Assembly: GCA_904063045.1 (NCBI GenBank)
Contig: CAJFCJ010000017.1
Coordinates: 806,001-870,000 of the forward strand
DNA: 64,000 bases
Source of the DNA: Dimorphilus gyrociliatus
Taxonomy: Eukaryota; Animalia; Annelida
Reading direction: 5' to 3'
The notes under the pieces were generated by a model. The model did not search any database and was not told the origin of the DNA. It saw only the letters and a list, made by a program, of their open reading frames with translations. Made by a program: the position numbers and the translations under genes. Of this stretch, positions 12,910-25,600 are shown piece by piece. Each line of letters begins with the position of its first letter. Position 1 is the stretch's first letter.

Positions 12910-15454
12910 ATGGCGACAGTAGAGGATGATACTTTGGAAACTTTATTAAGTAATATCTCGTTTATTTAATATTGATAATGTTTTCAATTATGCTTGATAA
13001 AGAGTTTAAGAGAGATGCTATTTAAATCCTTTCAATTTTATTGTAAACAATACGCCAGTTTGCTTATTCTGTTCAAGGCCATCGTGAAACCGGTCAAAAA
13101 AATAAAAATTGTGAATATTTTTTTCCAATAGGTAAGATTACTAATCCATCAAACCAAGATGAAGATACGGACGTTATTATGGCATTTTGCGATCAAGTCA
13201 ACAAACATCTAGAAGGTCCCCAAATTGCCATTCGCCTACTCGCTTACAAAGTACAATCGCCTCAAGAAAGAGAATGTTTGCATGCATTATCTGTAAGCAT
13301 ATTATATTTATTATCAAATATATTCATCATAAAATATATTCCCTAGACTCTGGAAGCTTGCGTAAGGAATTGTGGTAAAAGATTTCATCAAGAAATTGGA
13401 AAATTTCGTTTTCTCAATGAAATGATTAAACTAGTATCTCCTAAAGTATGACATCTTTGAAATATGTTTAAGAGTTAATAATAATTATAAATTTTCAGTA
13501 CGCAGGACCGTATACTACAGATAAAGTTAAGAAAAAAGTTATAGAGTTATTATACAGTTGGGCAAAAGGTTTGAAACAAGAAACTAAAATTATGGAGGCC
13601 TATCAAATGTTGAAAAAGCAAAAAATTGTTAAAGACGATCCGACATATATTGATCAGGTTGTACTAAGATATATTCGTATAAAAAATGAATAATACCATT
13701 GTATATTTATTAATAAAATATAGCATATCGATATCTTGGTTCCTCCCACTCCTGAAAAAGAGCGCAATTCCATATTTAATGACGATACAAAGTCGAAGCA
13801 ATTGCAAAAATTACTCAGTAGTAAAAATCCAGAAGATTTACAGGCAGCTAATCGTTTAATTAAAAATATGGTTAAGCAAGATGCTGAAAGAATGGAAAAG
13901 ATATCTAAAAGAACATCAGAGTTGGAAACTGTGAATAACAATGTTAAGCTGTTGAACGAAATGCTCAATGTTTATCACAATGCAAACACAGCTCAGTCAG
14001 ATCGAGAGATTATGAAAGAATTATATGATAATTTAGAAAAGGCGAGACCAAATTTGTTCAGGTTAGCCAGCGATGCAGATGAACAAGATAATGATGGTAT
14101 TAATCAAATATTGGAAACAAACGATTCTGTCGCTAGAGTTATGACTTCGTTCAAAGAAAAAATATCAACCGATGCAAATTGCTCTACAGTTGCGGCAACA
14201 AACAATGATCCCTCTTCGTTACTTGACTTGGACTTCGGTGCTAAGAATTCAGTAGATATTTTGCGAACGCAGCTTGATGAGCTAGGATTAAATACAAAAC
14301 TGGAGACGACACCACAATTAGAACCTACCACTACATCTGAACAAAAAGATGATGACTTGGTCCAATTAGGCGATATTTTCTCCAATAGCCAAACTACATC
14401 AATATTTGGTTCAAACACTAGTAACCAAATGGCCAATCCTCCAATTTACAACCCACCAGTTTATCAACCACTATCAAATATTGGTAGTACAGCTACGGGC
14501 AGTATTCTGACTCCATCGACACAATCAGCTTTTAGCTCAACAAATAGTACGAAACCGAAAGCCACCATTGGAACAAACGCCTTTGATGATTTGGATATTC
14601 TTGGAAAATCCCTAACAACTGAGAATAGCAAGTAATTGAGCACTTGTAATTTATTTTTTATTTTTATTAATTTCGTTTTCATGAACTAGACCCGCAACGT
14701 TTGATCAGAAACCGGAGGCTAAAACTCTAGCTGAGCTGCAACAAATGAAAGTGTCATCCGAAAGTCCGAATAGTAAAAGCCTTATTGACGATCTGCCAAT
14801 GTTAATTCCCAATTCTAGTCCTCCAGAGCCAGTGACTTTAGACAACGTTTTCGTTGCATTAGATACTATTCAATTCGGTATACATATTATTAAGTGAAAA
14901 TTGTTGGTAATTATAAATAATTCATAAATATATATCCAACAGCCTCAACAACACCCTTAGTTGGCTACGATAAGAATAATGTTCGAGTTATGATAAATTT
15001 CACAAAAAATACAGTTGCCGACAGGCCTGATGTAGCTGTATTCGTTGTATCAACATTAAGTACAAGTTCTGCCCAATTAACGTCTTTTTCATTTCTCGCT
15101 GCTGTTCCTAAGGTTTGTTTTCATGAAATAAATAAATACATTTGTAAGATATTGAATTGATTACCACTGATATTGTAATAGGCAATGAAAATTAAATTAC
15201 AACCCGCATCCTCAACTTCATTAGCAGCATTTAATCCAATAGTACCCGCCTCCCCTATTACACAAGTCATGCTGATTTCCAATCCAAATAAGGTTTTATT
15301 TTATAAATAAGTATTTGGAATTTTGTTAATAATTTACAAATTATAATATCTACAGGATAAAATAAAGTTGAAATATAAAATTACTTATAAACTCGGAGAG
15401 GAACAATTTACTGATAATGGTGACGTAACAGAATTTCCAACATTCCAATTATAA
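12910..15454 (+). CDS. GGA: ARF-binding clathrin adaptor GGA (VHS-GAT-hinge-GAE)
   Basis: VHS (KITNPSNQ...EGPQIAIRLLAYKVQSPQERE...FHQEIGKFRFLNEMIKLVSPK), GAT (LLSSKNPEDLQAANRLIKNMVK...LFRLAS), GAE (AAVPK|AMKIKLQPASS...PITQVMLISNP). Stop at 15452-15454. Confidence 0.93.
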
Positions 15455-16020
15455 AAGAAAAACAACAACATACAAAAAAGATTAACGAGAATTATAATTT
15501 TTGTAATATTTAAACTATTTTCAATTTGAATTTATATATGTTTATGTATAACAATAACATCAATTAACTTTAATAATTTAATGATGTAACTGTTTTAAGC
15601 TGATCAATGTTTTCTGAAAATGATATTTTAAATGAGTTTTCGTTTGATAAAAGAACAAATTGTGCAAATGTACAATGAATTTATTATAATGCAAACTTTA
15701 TTTTCATATTTTCATTTGAACCTTTCCTCTCGTGCTTATCAACTAACATTCGAGAGTTATTAATTTCAATGTCACTGTCTTCTTCTATATGTATCTTTCA
15801 CTCAAAAACCTTTGAACGAAAAAAAAACACCTGAAGGACTTCGCAACTGACATTACCTTTCTTATTTTTAATGAAATACGATAAGAAGCTACTTATTTAT
15901 AAAATATTTTTAATTCAAATGACTGAATATATGTAATCGGTGAATTAAAAATTACATTTACACATTAAAACTTTTGAACTTTCGTAATAATCAACAGTTT
16001 GAAAATTTAGCAAGACCAAA

Positions 16021-16028
16021 CCGGAAGT
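16021..16028 (+). promoter_or_regulatory. ETS/GABP-type motif CCGGAAGT upstream of DDI
   Basis: Exact consensus 110 bp upstream of the ATG; related motifs recur at other gene starts. Confidence 0.5.
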
Positions 16029-16130
16029 GCAAAAATAAAAACTGGTTTTGAAAAATATACGAAATATATCCAAAAAAAAACACTATTGGCGTTATCTTTC
16101 ATTTTCTCGCAGAATTAAGGTCAAGTTATC

Positions 16131-18354
16131 ATGAGAATAACATTAACATCAGTCAACGATGAGATTTATTCGCTGGACGTCAGTGAAGACATGGAACTGG
16201 AAAATTTTATGGCCTTAGCTGCTTTTGAAACCACTGTACCGGGTGAACAACTTCAGTTGAAACATAATGGAAGGGTATTATCTGGAAGGGAAAAAAAATT
16301 GAAAGAATTTGGCTTGAAAGATGGTGATGTTGTACTTTTTGGTCAAAGAGGAGGCTCATCTAATGGTTTGTGTTTTACACTTGGTTCTTAAAATAGCGCG
16401 TGCAGCTAACATTAAGTACAACAATTTATAAACGATTTTTATCTAGTACTGGAGCATTTTATCTAAAGAAAGTTGAACAATCTTTCAAAATAGCCATTAA
16501 CTTTGAGGTAACTTTATAGAATTGTTTCAAAGCTCCCTCAAAACTATTAAAAGGTATAATGTTAGGTTACCAAGTGAACTGTAGGGAAAATATTCTTATT
16601 TAATTTAATGAAAAAGGACATTGACTAAAATTTCATAACAAATTATTATAAAGTTCTTACACAATATATAAACGTTTTTTTTTTAAGTTTTTATAATGAG
16701 CTGTTGAATAAAATAATGGGTTATCTATTTAACCATGTAGTTTTGGACTTTTCAAATATTCAAGTTCCGGTAAATAGGCCAACACAACCGCAAGCTAGTG
16801 GTGGACAAGAAAACCCAGCAGTTCTCATGGAAATGTTAAGAAACTCCCCACACGAATTGGCTCTCCTTAAAGAGAGAAATCCTCCCTTAGCTTCAGCACT
16901 TGAAAGTGGAGACGTTAATAAATTTACACAAGTTTTAATGCAACAAAAAGCTGATAAATTGAAAAGAGAACAAGAAAGATTGCAATTGCTCATGAGAGAT
17001 CCAATGGACCCTGAAGTTCAAAAACATATTGCTGAAGAAATCAGGTACAATTGATTTTATTTCCTATATTCAGGTTTTCATTTGGCTGAGAAATTATTTA
17101 TTTTTAGGTTAAAAAATGTCGAATCCAACATGGAAACTGCTATGGAGTATTCTCCTGAGAGTTTTGGTCAAGTGGTTATGCTCTATATAAATTGCAAAGT
17201 CAACGGTCATGTTGTCAAAGCATTTGTGGATTCAGGTATCAGTCATTATTCTAACATTATACATTCATTACATCTAAAGTTTAATCAAATATTCGTGTTA
17301 GGCGCTCAAATGACAATCATGTCCAAGGCCTGTGCTGAACGATGTAACATTATGCGTTTAGTCGATACTCGATGGTCTGGTATCGCAAAAGGGGTTGGAA
17401 CCCAACAGATTATCGGAAGAGTTCATTTGGGTAAATAGATTGAATAGGCAGCTGTTGTAAATTAGTATTTGAATTAATTATAAAAGGTCAAATCCAAATT
17501 GAAAAAGACTTCCTTCAATCGTCGTTTTCTATTCTTGAACAACCAATGGATATGCTACTTGGATTAGACATGCTAAAAAGACATCAAGTAAGCATTTTGT
17601 CGATATTCATTCGAAACTGTCTTTTTTCTACGTAGAATATACATATGATTAAATATTTCCGTAGTGTATAATTAATCTAGAAGAAGATTGTTTAATAATT
17701 GGTTCCACAAGAACTAAAGTTAAATTTTTACCTGAAAATCAAATTGCTAAAAAGTCGAAAAAAGTTCATGATAAACAGTTAATATCTAGTTAAATTCAAG
17801 TTTTAGTCTACTTTGTTTTGTTATACTAATGTTTCTTATTCTTTCATAGTTTTTAAGTTTAGAACAATAATAAACAATTTTTACAGTGTGTCATCGACTT
17901 AAAGCTCAATGAACTTGTAATAGGAACAACAGGAACGAAAACGAAATTTTTGGCAGAGGCTGAACTTCCAGACAATGCTAGATTAAGTATGCAAGCTCCA
18001 GACGATGGAACAGTAACAATGGAAGAAGATAGACAATTAGCTGAAGCTCTTGCAAAGAGTGCTGAGCAAGTTACAAGAACTCAAGGTTTTTTTTGTTAAA
18101 TTTAGTTAAATGTGAAAAGTTCATTAACCTTAGTCTGCAGATTGATATTTTAAATTGTTTAAATTTTCTCTTTTTCAGTTCCTTCCGCAACGGCAACAGG
18201 ACCTCAAAGAACGTTTCCCGAATCTGATATTAATAAAATAACGAACTATGGATTTTCTCGGGATCAGGTCATTGAAGAATTAACAAGAAACCATGGCAAT
18301 GTTGACCAAGCTATTGCCACTCTTTTTGCAAGATCTCTAGCTGGCCCAAAATAA
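16131..18354 (+). CDS. DDI1: DNA-damage-inducible protein 1/2 homolog (UBL - helical - retroviral-type aspartyl protease - UIM - UBA)
   Basis: UBL exon 16131-16363; NPPLASAL helical domain; RVP with [20 protein letters not shown]|AQMTIMS and [14 protein letters not shown]; [16 protein letters not shown]; [25 protein letters not shown]; TAA at 18352-18354. Confidence 0.95.
17665..17793 (+). CDS. Alternative duplicated DDI exon, paralogous to canonical exon 17887-18085
   Basis: AG acceptor at 17663-17664, phase 0 like the canonical exon. Encodes [42 protein letters not shown]-stop; 13 of the first 24 aa are identical, ungapped, to [24 protein letters not shown]. Confidence 0.8.
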   Translation, partial: CIINLEEDCLIIGSTRTKVKFLPENQIAKKSKKVHDKQLISS

Positions 18355-18553
18355 ATGCTATCAAGTCATAACCGCTTTACTTTCAGAATAAAAAATATTT
18401 CATCTATAAAAAGCTAATAGTATTTCAAATATTTTAAAGTGGCACACGGTATGAAAAAACGGCTAAATACCAAAGATTTATACTAAAATAATTTCGTAAT
18501 CTTTTGACATGTTAAACAAGTCTTAAATTTATTAATAGTAAACAAGAAAATTT

Positions 18554-20760
18554 TCAAAAGTGATCATCAAACTCGTAGTCTCCATCTTCGTCCATTCGAC
18601 TCATATTACCTAAGGCCGATTCAAGCTTAGAAGAAAGATTTTCAGCTACGTTATCTACAAAAAATTTTTTAGATGTTAAATTCGTACAAGAACAGACAGA
18701 TTTATCACTTACTTGCTTTCTTTCGTTGTCTGATCATTTTTTTATAATCTTTCTTTCTATCTTTATTTAATTGATTTCCTTCAAATCTATCTTCTTTCTT
18801 TTTCTTATTTTTAAGCATTCTTTCAACGTCAATTTTAACGCTCTCTCCGTCCTCTTCCATTTCGTTTTCGTCGTCATCACTTTCGTCCTTCACAAAACTT
18901 TCAACTTTTACATGGTTATCTCCAACACTTGCTTTTATTGTGTCAAGGGCAGTTTTTTCCTCTTCCAGTAGAGCATCAATATCAAATTCAGCAGACATTC
19001 CTTGCACTATTTCTGAGCTCAGGTGACTATTTTCAGTGGGAACTTCAGGAGGTTCTGTATAGTATCTAATTCTTCCCTGATTCCAATCATTTATCACTAC
19101 TTTTCCGGCTGCTAACAAATCAGCTTTACCCCCTCGCTTTAATTTACCTTGTTTTATTGCTAGTTGATTCAAAAACTCGTCAACATCATTGAAACTGGGA
19201 ATTCCATATAAAATTTGTAGATGTTGTTTTGGACATCGACGCATAACAGCGCTTACAGGGGGAACGGGATCACTAATCGATTCAACCTTAACACAGTTTT
19301 GAAGAACATCATTTTCAGATTTTTTTACAACAACTCCTGGAGAGTCAATTAATTTTATATGCTTATCTAAGACTATTTCTTGTAGTGATTTCGTTACGCC
19401 AGGCGTTGCTCCTGTTGCACAAGCTCTCTCTCTCTTCAAAGAATTAATTATAGAACTTTTACCAGTATTTGGGAAGCCAACAATTCCAACCGATATTGCA
19501 GTTTTTACGTCACTCTTTCTACAATAATTACCCAATAATTTCATTAAGATGTCTGCCCCAATGCATACCGATCTTTCAGTTGAGTGTCCTAATAAAAGCA
19601 AATAATAAGTAACTTATGAATTAACTTTAATTATATCAGTGAAAATTATATAAATATATATTCATATCAACTATGAGACTTTGATGATTACACTTTTCTT
19701 TAATAGAAAGTAACACGCACCCTTTCCATGACCCAGTTTGCTTTTCTGAGTTTGAGTTGAAGCTTTAAATGCTACTGTAGGTAATTGTTTTCGAAGATAA
19801 ACTAACCAATTATCCAAATTATTTTTCGGTATCAAATCAATTTTATTCAACAATAACACTAGTTTTTTCCTACCGGAACTTACAACTGCTTCTTCTAGAG
19901 CTTTACACCTAGTTGCAATTGGATCTCTGGCATCCAAAACTTGAATAACAACATCACTTGCTTCTATCACTTTAGATAACTCCTTTGAATATTGTTTGAA
20001 AGATTGTTCTGAAAGTGAACTTTTCATTTCAAAGTCGATATCGTCTTCCATCATTTGTTCTTTCATTTCAAATTGTTTTCGTTTTTTTTCAGCATCTTTC
20101 ATAATGTCATCTAATCCTGGTCTATTTTTATTACGAGCTTGTTCTCGTTGTTTTTGTCTCTGTTTTTTTTGTTTTGCCTTCTCTTCTTCAACCTAAAACA
20201 TGTAATTTAAGTATGTGATTATTGTGTCTACTTTATAAATTATTTTTACTCTTTTTCTATGCGCTTCCGCCTCTGCAAGAATCTCATCTTTAAATGGTAA
20301 ACTGTTTGGTATACCAGGATCTTTGGCTGTAAAAGAGAAACAAAAATGACCTATTGTTTAGAAAGAATTTTGTCGATAGATTAATCTTAGATACATAGGG
20401 AATAATACCACTATATAGTACAACTTTTAGAGGCTCAACATACAATATATCGATTTACAAACTAAATTGAGATATCATTCTCAGTTATTACTGCAATTAT
20501 AAGAGTTTATAATTTACCTTTCTTCTTGTTGCTCTTTTTTGCTTCTTTTTTAACCTTTCGATTGTGTTCTCGAACCTGACAGAGAAGCATATATATCAAT
20601 AGATCACATTATCGCTCAAATTATACGCACTTTTCGGGCTATTTTATATCTCTTACGGCACGAGATACGCTTGCTGAGCTTCTCTATTAGAAAGAATTTA
20701 GAAATTAATGTTACAATTGATTATTGTTTTTATTCAACTACTTTTAAGGCCTTTTGTCAT
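18554..20760 (-). CDS. GNL3: Nucleostemin-family nucleolar GTPase (GNL3/GNL3L)
   Basis: N-terminal KLSKRISCRKRYKIARK and KDPGIPNSLPFK; circularly permuted GTPase motifs VLDARDP, LNKIDL, GFPNTGKSS, DSPG; ends DGDYEFDDHF-stop. Confidence 0.93.
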
Positions 20761-21154
20761 CTTTTCAGAGATAGATTCTCACGTGGTTAGAGAATTATTA
20801 TTTAGTTTGCCTGCCCAATTGTATATCCGGTAGCTGTCAATAATGCCATCTGTCGTTACTATTTATTATTTTATCTAGTATATTCTCATTTCCTCCATTC
20901 ATAAATACCTAACAGCCAGTTTCATAAATAAAAAAGAGTTTTACTAATTTTTCAATTAATTCAAAGAAAATTTGAAACATTATTGCAATACAGGAGGTAT
21001 TAACCTCCATTCAAATAAATTCTCACAATCTTCAGAAAACGCCATCTGTATTATTTTGAGTTTTGAATTTTAAAGTGGTTGTCATTCCACGTGTCTTGAT
21101 ACTTTGCGGTAAAATCAACGGCAAGTGCCTGCCTGTTGTGAGAAAGAAGATAAG

Positions 21155-22495
21155 ATGCCTCCAGCACGTTCTACATTCGCTCCTTCCGGAACAGAATTTG
21201 TAGAATGGAATGATATCGAACAAATCGAGCGGAAAGTTATTATCGGGGATATGAGTGCTTGGGAAAGAACTGCCAAAACTGTTGGGAAAAGGAAACGGTT
21301 TCAGTTTAGTCTTCTAAAGGAAATTTTTCTTCCATTTGGCTACCCAGCAAGTGTTAGTACAGACTATATGTCCTATCAAATTTGGGACAGCTTTCAAGCT
21401 TTATTCAGCACCTTAATGATGGCCATATCAACTCAAAAAATTTTAGTAGGTATGGGTGTTGGAGATGCCGCAGCGTCTGCACTCTCCGGAGCAATAGCTT
21501 GGATATTAAGGGATGGTATAAGTATGATATCGAAAATCATGTTCACCTGGTATACTGGCACAAATCTAGACGACTATAACAAAACTTGGAGACTTGCTGC
21601 CGACATTTTCAATGACTTATCTTTTATTGTTGATTATTCCATCAGTTTCTTTCCGGATTTCAAAATTTACATTCTGTGTATTTCTGGTATTCTTAAGTCT
21701 ATTGTTGGAGTTTCAGGAGGAGCAACTAGAATGGCAATCACCCAGCATCAAGCAAGAGATAATAATATCTCAGATGTATCCGCGAAGGATGGGAGTCAGG
21801 AAACATTGGTAAACTTGTTAGGCCTTATACTTAGCCTAACCGTTCTACCATTGTTGGGTAATAATGAACAAGTTACAATGATCATATTCATTTCATTAAT
21901 GCTTGCTCACTTGTACAGTAATTGGAGAGCTGTAAAAGCATTGAATTATGAAACGTTCAATATGAATCGTTTACATATTGTTTGTCAACAACTTGTTCGA
22001 TCGAATCAAATACTAAGCATTAAACAAGTCAACAAAAAAGAACCTTTATTTGGATTTGCTCCTAATTATAGATATTCAATTAAGCTTGGTGTTCCCTTGA
22101 TAAAATCTTTTGCTGTCGGTTGTGAAAGTTATCTTCTTAAATATAGAATTAGTTTTAATAATGGGGACAAATCAATCTATGTTAGTCTTTCAAGTGACGC
22201 AAGCACTGAGGATATTCTTGAAGCTGCAATTTCAGCTAGTATTATCAATACTATTATAGACGCAGCTCTTCGATGTAACAGAACGCCCGTGGAAGAGATG
22301 GTAGAGGACATAAAACTAAGAAGAGCTATCGAAATTTTAAACAGTTCAAATAGATGTGAAACAGATATAATCTGTCTTGTCTTGGAATTTATGTCGAAAA
22401 AGAGAATAATGCTACTGGATAGATTAAAACACGCTGGATATGATTTGACCGCATTTCATTTTTCGATTGATTCATGGAGATACAGTAAGCGGTAA
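21155..22495 (+). CDS. RUSF1: RUS1 family protein (C16orf58 homolog, DUF647), intronless CDS
   Basis: FLPFGYPASVSTDYMSYQIWD, WRLAADIFND, HQARDNNISDVSAKDGSQET, HLYSNWRAV. First ATG at 21155 (the track ORF starts at an upstream GTG). Confidence 0.92.
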   Translation: MPPARSTFAPSGTEFVEWNDIEQIERKVIIGDMSAWERTAKTVGKRKRFQFSLLKEIFLPFGYPASVSTDYMSYQIWDSFQALFSTLMMAISTQKILVGMGVGDAAASALSGAIAWILRDGISMISKIMFTWYTGTNLDDYNKTWRLAADIFNDLSFIVDYSISFFPDFKIYILCISGILKSIVGVSGGATRMAITQHQARDNNISDVSAKDGSQETLVNLLGLILSLTVLPLLGNNEQVTMIIFISLMLAHLYSNWRAVKALNYETFNMNRLHIVCQQLVRSNQILSIKQVNKKEPLFGFAPNYRYSIKLGVPLIKSFAVGCESYLLKYRISFNNGDKSIYVSLSSDASTEDILEAAISASIINTIIDAALRCNRTPVEEMVEDIKLRRAIEILNSSNRCETDIICLVLEFMSKKRIMLLDRLKHAGYDLTAFHFSIDSWRYSKR

Positions 22496-22694
22496 GTAAA
22501 AATCTATGCAAGAAAGCATATATTCCGTGTTTTATAAATATTTTTTAATGCCTTATAAGAGAAATATTGTTTTGTTTTGATTTGCTACTGTTTTATTCTG
22601 TTAATGAGATCTGTTTTGTAAGGAAGAATTAGGTCACTCCTTTTCTATATACTTTAAATACAACTTGTCTTTGATAGTAACGAAAAAGAAAATT

Positions 22695-25600
22695 TTATTG
22701 TGTATATAAGCTTGCGGCAAAAACAATGTCACGTTTTATTTTTGTGGACGCTTCCTCCATCTTTTTGAACATTAGGGGATCGCCTATCATTCTAGCTGCA
22801 TTTCTTACATCTCGTATAACTTCGTCAAGTCTCTGAATACAACGAACGATAATCCCTTCTTGCACGTCGGTTAATTTAGTTATTTCTTTAAATGAAGTTC
22901 CTCTTGCCCATTCATACACGACTTCCATTAGTTGAAAGTTAAATTTGCTGAGGAACTCTTCGGGGCCTTCTCGTCTCAGGAATTGTTTTTGAACGTCATC
23001 AACTTTCGACGCAACTCTTTCAAATTCCCTCTTAGCCGCAAGTAGAGAATTATTTAATTTCGCTTCAGATGCTCTAGATTGTTCGAAGACTATAGAAGAG
23101 AGTATAGCAGCAATTTCCTCCGGTTCTAAGCTATTTAAGGCATTTTCAAAAACAAGTTCTGTAAGAATTAGTTCGGCCTGGCTCATTTCGCAGGCAACTC
23201 TTCCTTTTAATTGAACAATATCATCTTCATCGATATAGCCTAAATGACGAAGAACTTGTAGCTTTTGCCGATATTCAGGGAGTAGTTGGAGACTTTCATC
23301 GGACAATAAATGCCTAATAGATTCATATTCTTTTTCCATTATTTTTCTTTCACGTATAGCATCGAAATTCTCTTCAAAATTGGCACTATGAACACAACAA
23401 TATGTGGAAAGAATATCTTCCAAGTCTTTTGCCCTCTGACAAATGTCAACTTCTGTAACACCTTTTAGCTTAAAATCCTTATAATCAAGAGTAATCGGAT
23501 TTTCATAATTCTCCTCAAGATAACTAATTAATTCTTTCATAGCTGTGACTGTAGACTGCCCGGGAGGATCATTTTGAAAGCGGGGGATAGCTCTCTTTTT
23601 CTCATCTTCAATAATACGATCACCGTTTACCTTTATTACTTTATTTAACAAATAGCAGATATTTTCAAATTTTAATTTCGACGTAAAGCACTTTGGATTA
23701 ATTACTTTTTTCAGCTTTAGTGGCAAAATAGTAGGCTGAGGATATTTTATATTTTCTTTACTTTCGTTTCTCTCTACCAAAAGGAAAGCTTGAAATGATT
23801 TATCATTAAAATCCGTTTTAAGTACTGCAGCCAATCCACTATTTGTTATCACTAATCTACCGGGAATGAATAATTTCTGAGCGGTTAATGACCCAAGTGA
23901 CGCTTCTAAAGCCATTGTACGATTTTCCAAATATCGTTCATTGGTATCGTAATAAGCCTCTAAATCTCCACCAAAATCCAAAATTTCTGGTAAAGATTCC
24001 CTTTTCTTTTCAAGTTCTATCAATTTTTTCTCTAAATTATCGGTTTGGCGTCTAGAACCAAATTCCGAAAATGATCTTCTCATCATATCCGTAACTCGTA
24101 TGTCCTTTACGCGTAAAAGATTTAGAATCATTGAATAAGTAACCGTAAATTGACTTTGCAGTTGAGTAGGTGGACCAGTCATCATTCTATGCAAATCTGA
24201 TAATTCAGCTACTTCTGTTTTGCAGAGAACAATAACAGTTCCAGTTGTATCTTTTCCTCTTCTGCCAGCTCTCCCGGCCATTTGAATATACTCACTAGGA
24301 AGTAAGTCCCTAAATTTCTTTCCGTCGTGTTTCCTACACGAATCAAACACAACAGTTCTCGCAGGCATATTGACACCCATAGCGAAAGTTTCAGTAGCAA
24401 ATAGTACCTTTACTAGACCCATGGCGAAAAGCATCTCTACAACTTCTTTCAATATTGGTAGAATACCGCTATGATGTATACCAATACCTCTCATAAGAAT
24501 ATCGCGCATTAGCATCACTTGAGGTAAACCTTGATCCGATCTTTTCAATTTAGATGTTGATTGTTGAAAAAATGTATAAATTTCATTCTTCTCTGTAGCC
24601 GTATTTAGATCTACCGATTTTAAATGTTGAGCATTTTCATCTATCCTTCGTTTAGAGAAGGTGAAGCAAATTGCAGGTAACTTTTCTTTCTTTTTTAACA
24701 TTTCTATGACGGATAGCCATACTCCTCGTTCATTGACCGGCTTTTTAGTTTTTGAACTCTCTTTCTTTGCATCGCAAGCTTTAGTATAACCGCTTTTTTC
24801 AAATTTTGAACCTTTAAGTATTAAAAATAATTCATTAGTGTTTTTTACAGAGCTTCCGGTATATAAATAATGTTCTAAAGGTACTGGACGCTGCAGTGTA
24901 CAAACAACGTAGACTTTGCGTTTTTTATTCCTGGCTACCCATTCAGCAAATTCTTCGGCTTTTGGTATTGTTGCCGATAGGAGAACAACGTTTACATGAG
25001 CCGGGAGCATAATAATAACTTCCTCCCAAACAACACCTCTGTCAGCATCGTTTATATAGTGCACTTCGTCAAATATTACCCACTCCAGATCCCTAATCAC
25101 ATCCGAACCATTGTAGAGCATTGATCTTAAAATTTCGGTTGTCATGATTAAGCAAGATGCTTCTTGATTAATTTGAACATCTCCCGTTATAAGGCCAACA
25201 TCGACAAATGTTTCTTTGAAATCTCTAAACTTCTGATTAGATAGAGCTTTAATTGGAGATGTATAAATGGCCCTAAAAGAATAGATATATGATATAACAA
25301 CGAAACACTTTTCATTGAACATGACCTACTTTGTCATATGCTTTCTAGCTAGGGCAATGGCGTATTCGGCAACTGCAGTTTTTCCCGCAGAAGTATGGGC
25401 GCAAACAAATACGCTATCTCCCCTCTCAAGGCAAAGTATGGCTTGTTTCTGAAAGACATCCGGCTCAAAACTCCACTTGTAAGCGGCATCAGGTAACAGT
25501 TCTTCAAATGGTGGCATTTTCTCTTTAATACTTAAAACTTGGACATATTCATTACCAATTATCTGTTTTTTGAACTTAGCTTCTTCAACAGTTTCTAATT

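Noticed and set aside
16364-16740. Micro-exon candidates in DDI intron 1
   Set aside because: The AG...GT pairs give frameshifts or stops and show no homology; indistinguishable from chance.
19604-20517. Intronic snoRNAs in GNL3 (vertebrate GNL3 hosts some)
   Set aside because: No properly spaced C/D or H/ACA boxes on the sense strand by eye; an Infernal scan would be needed to exclude them fully.
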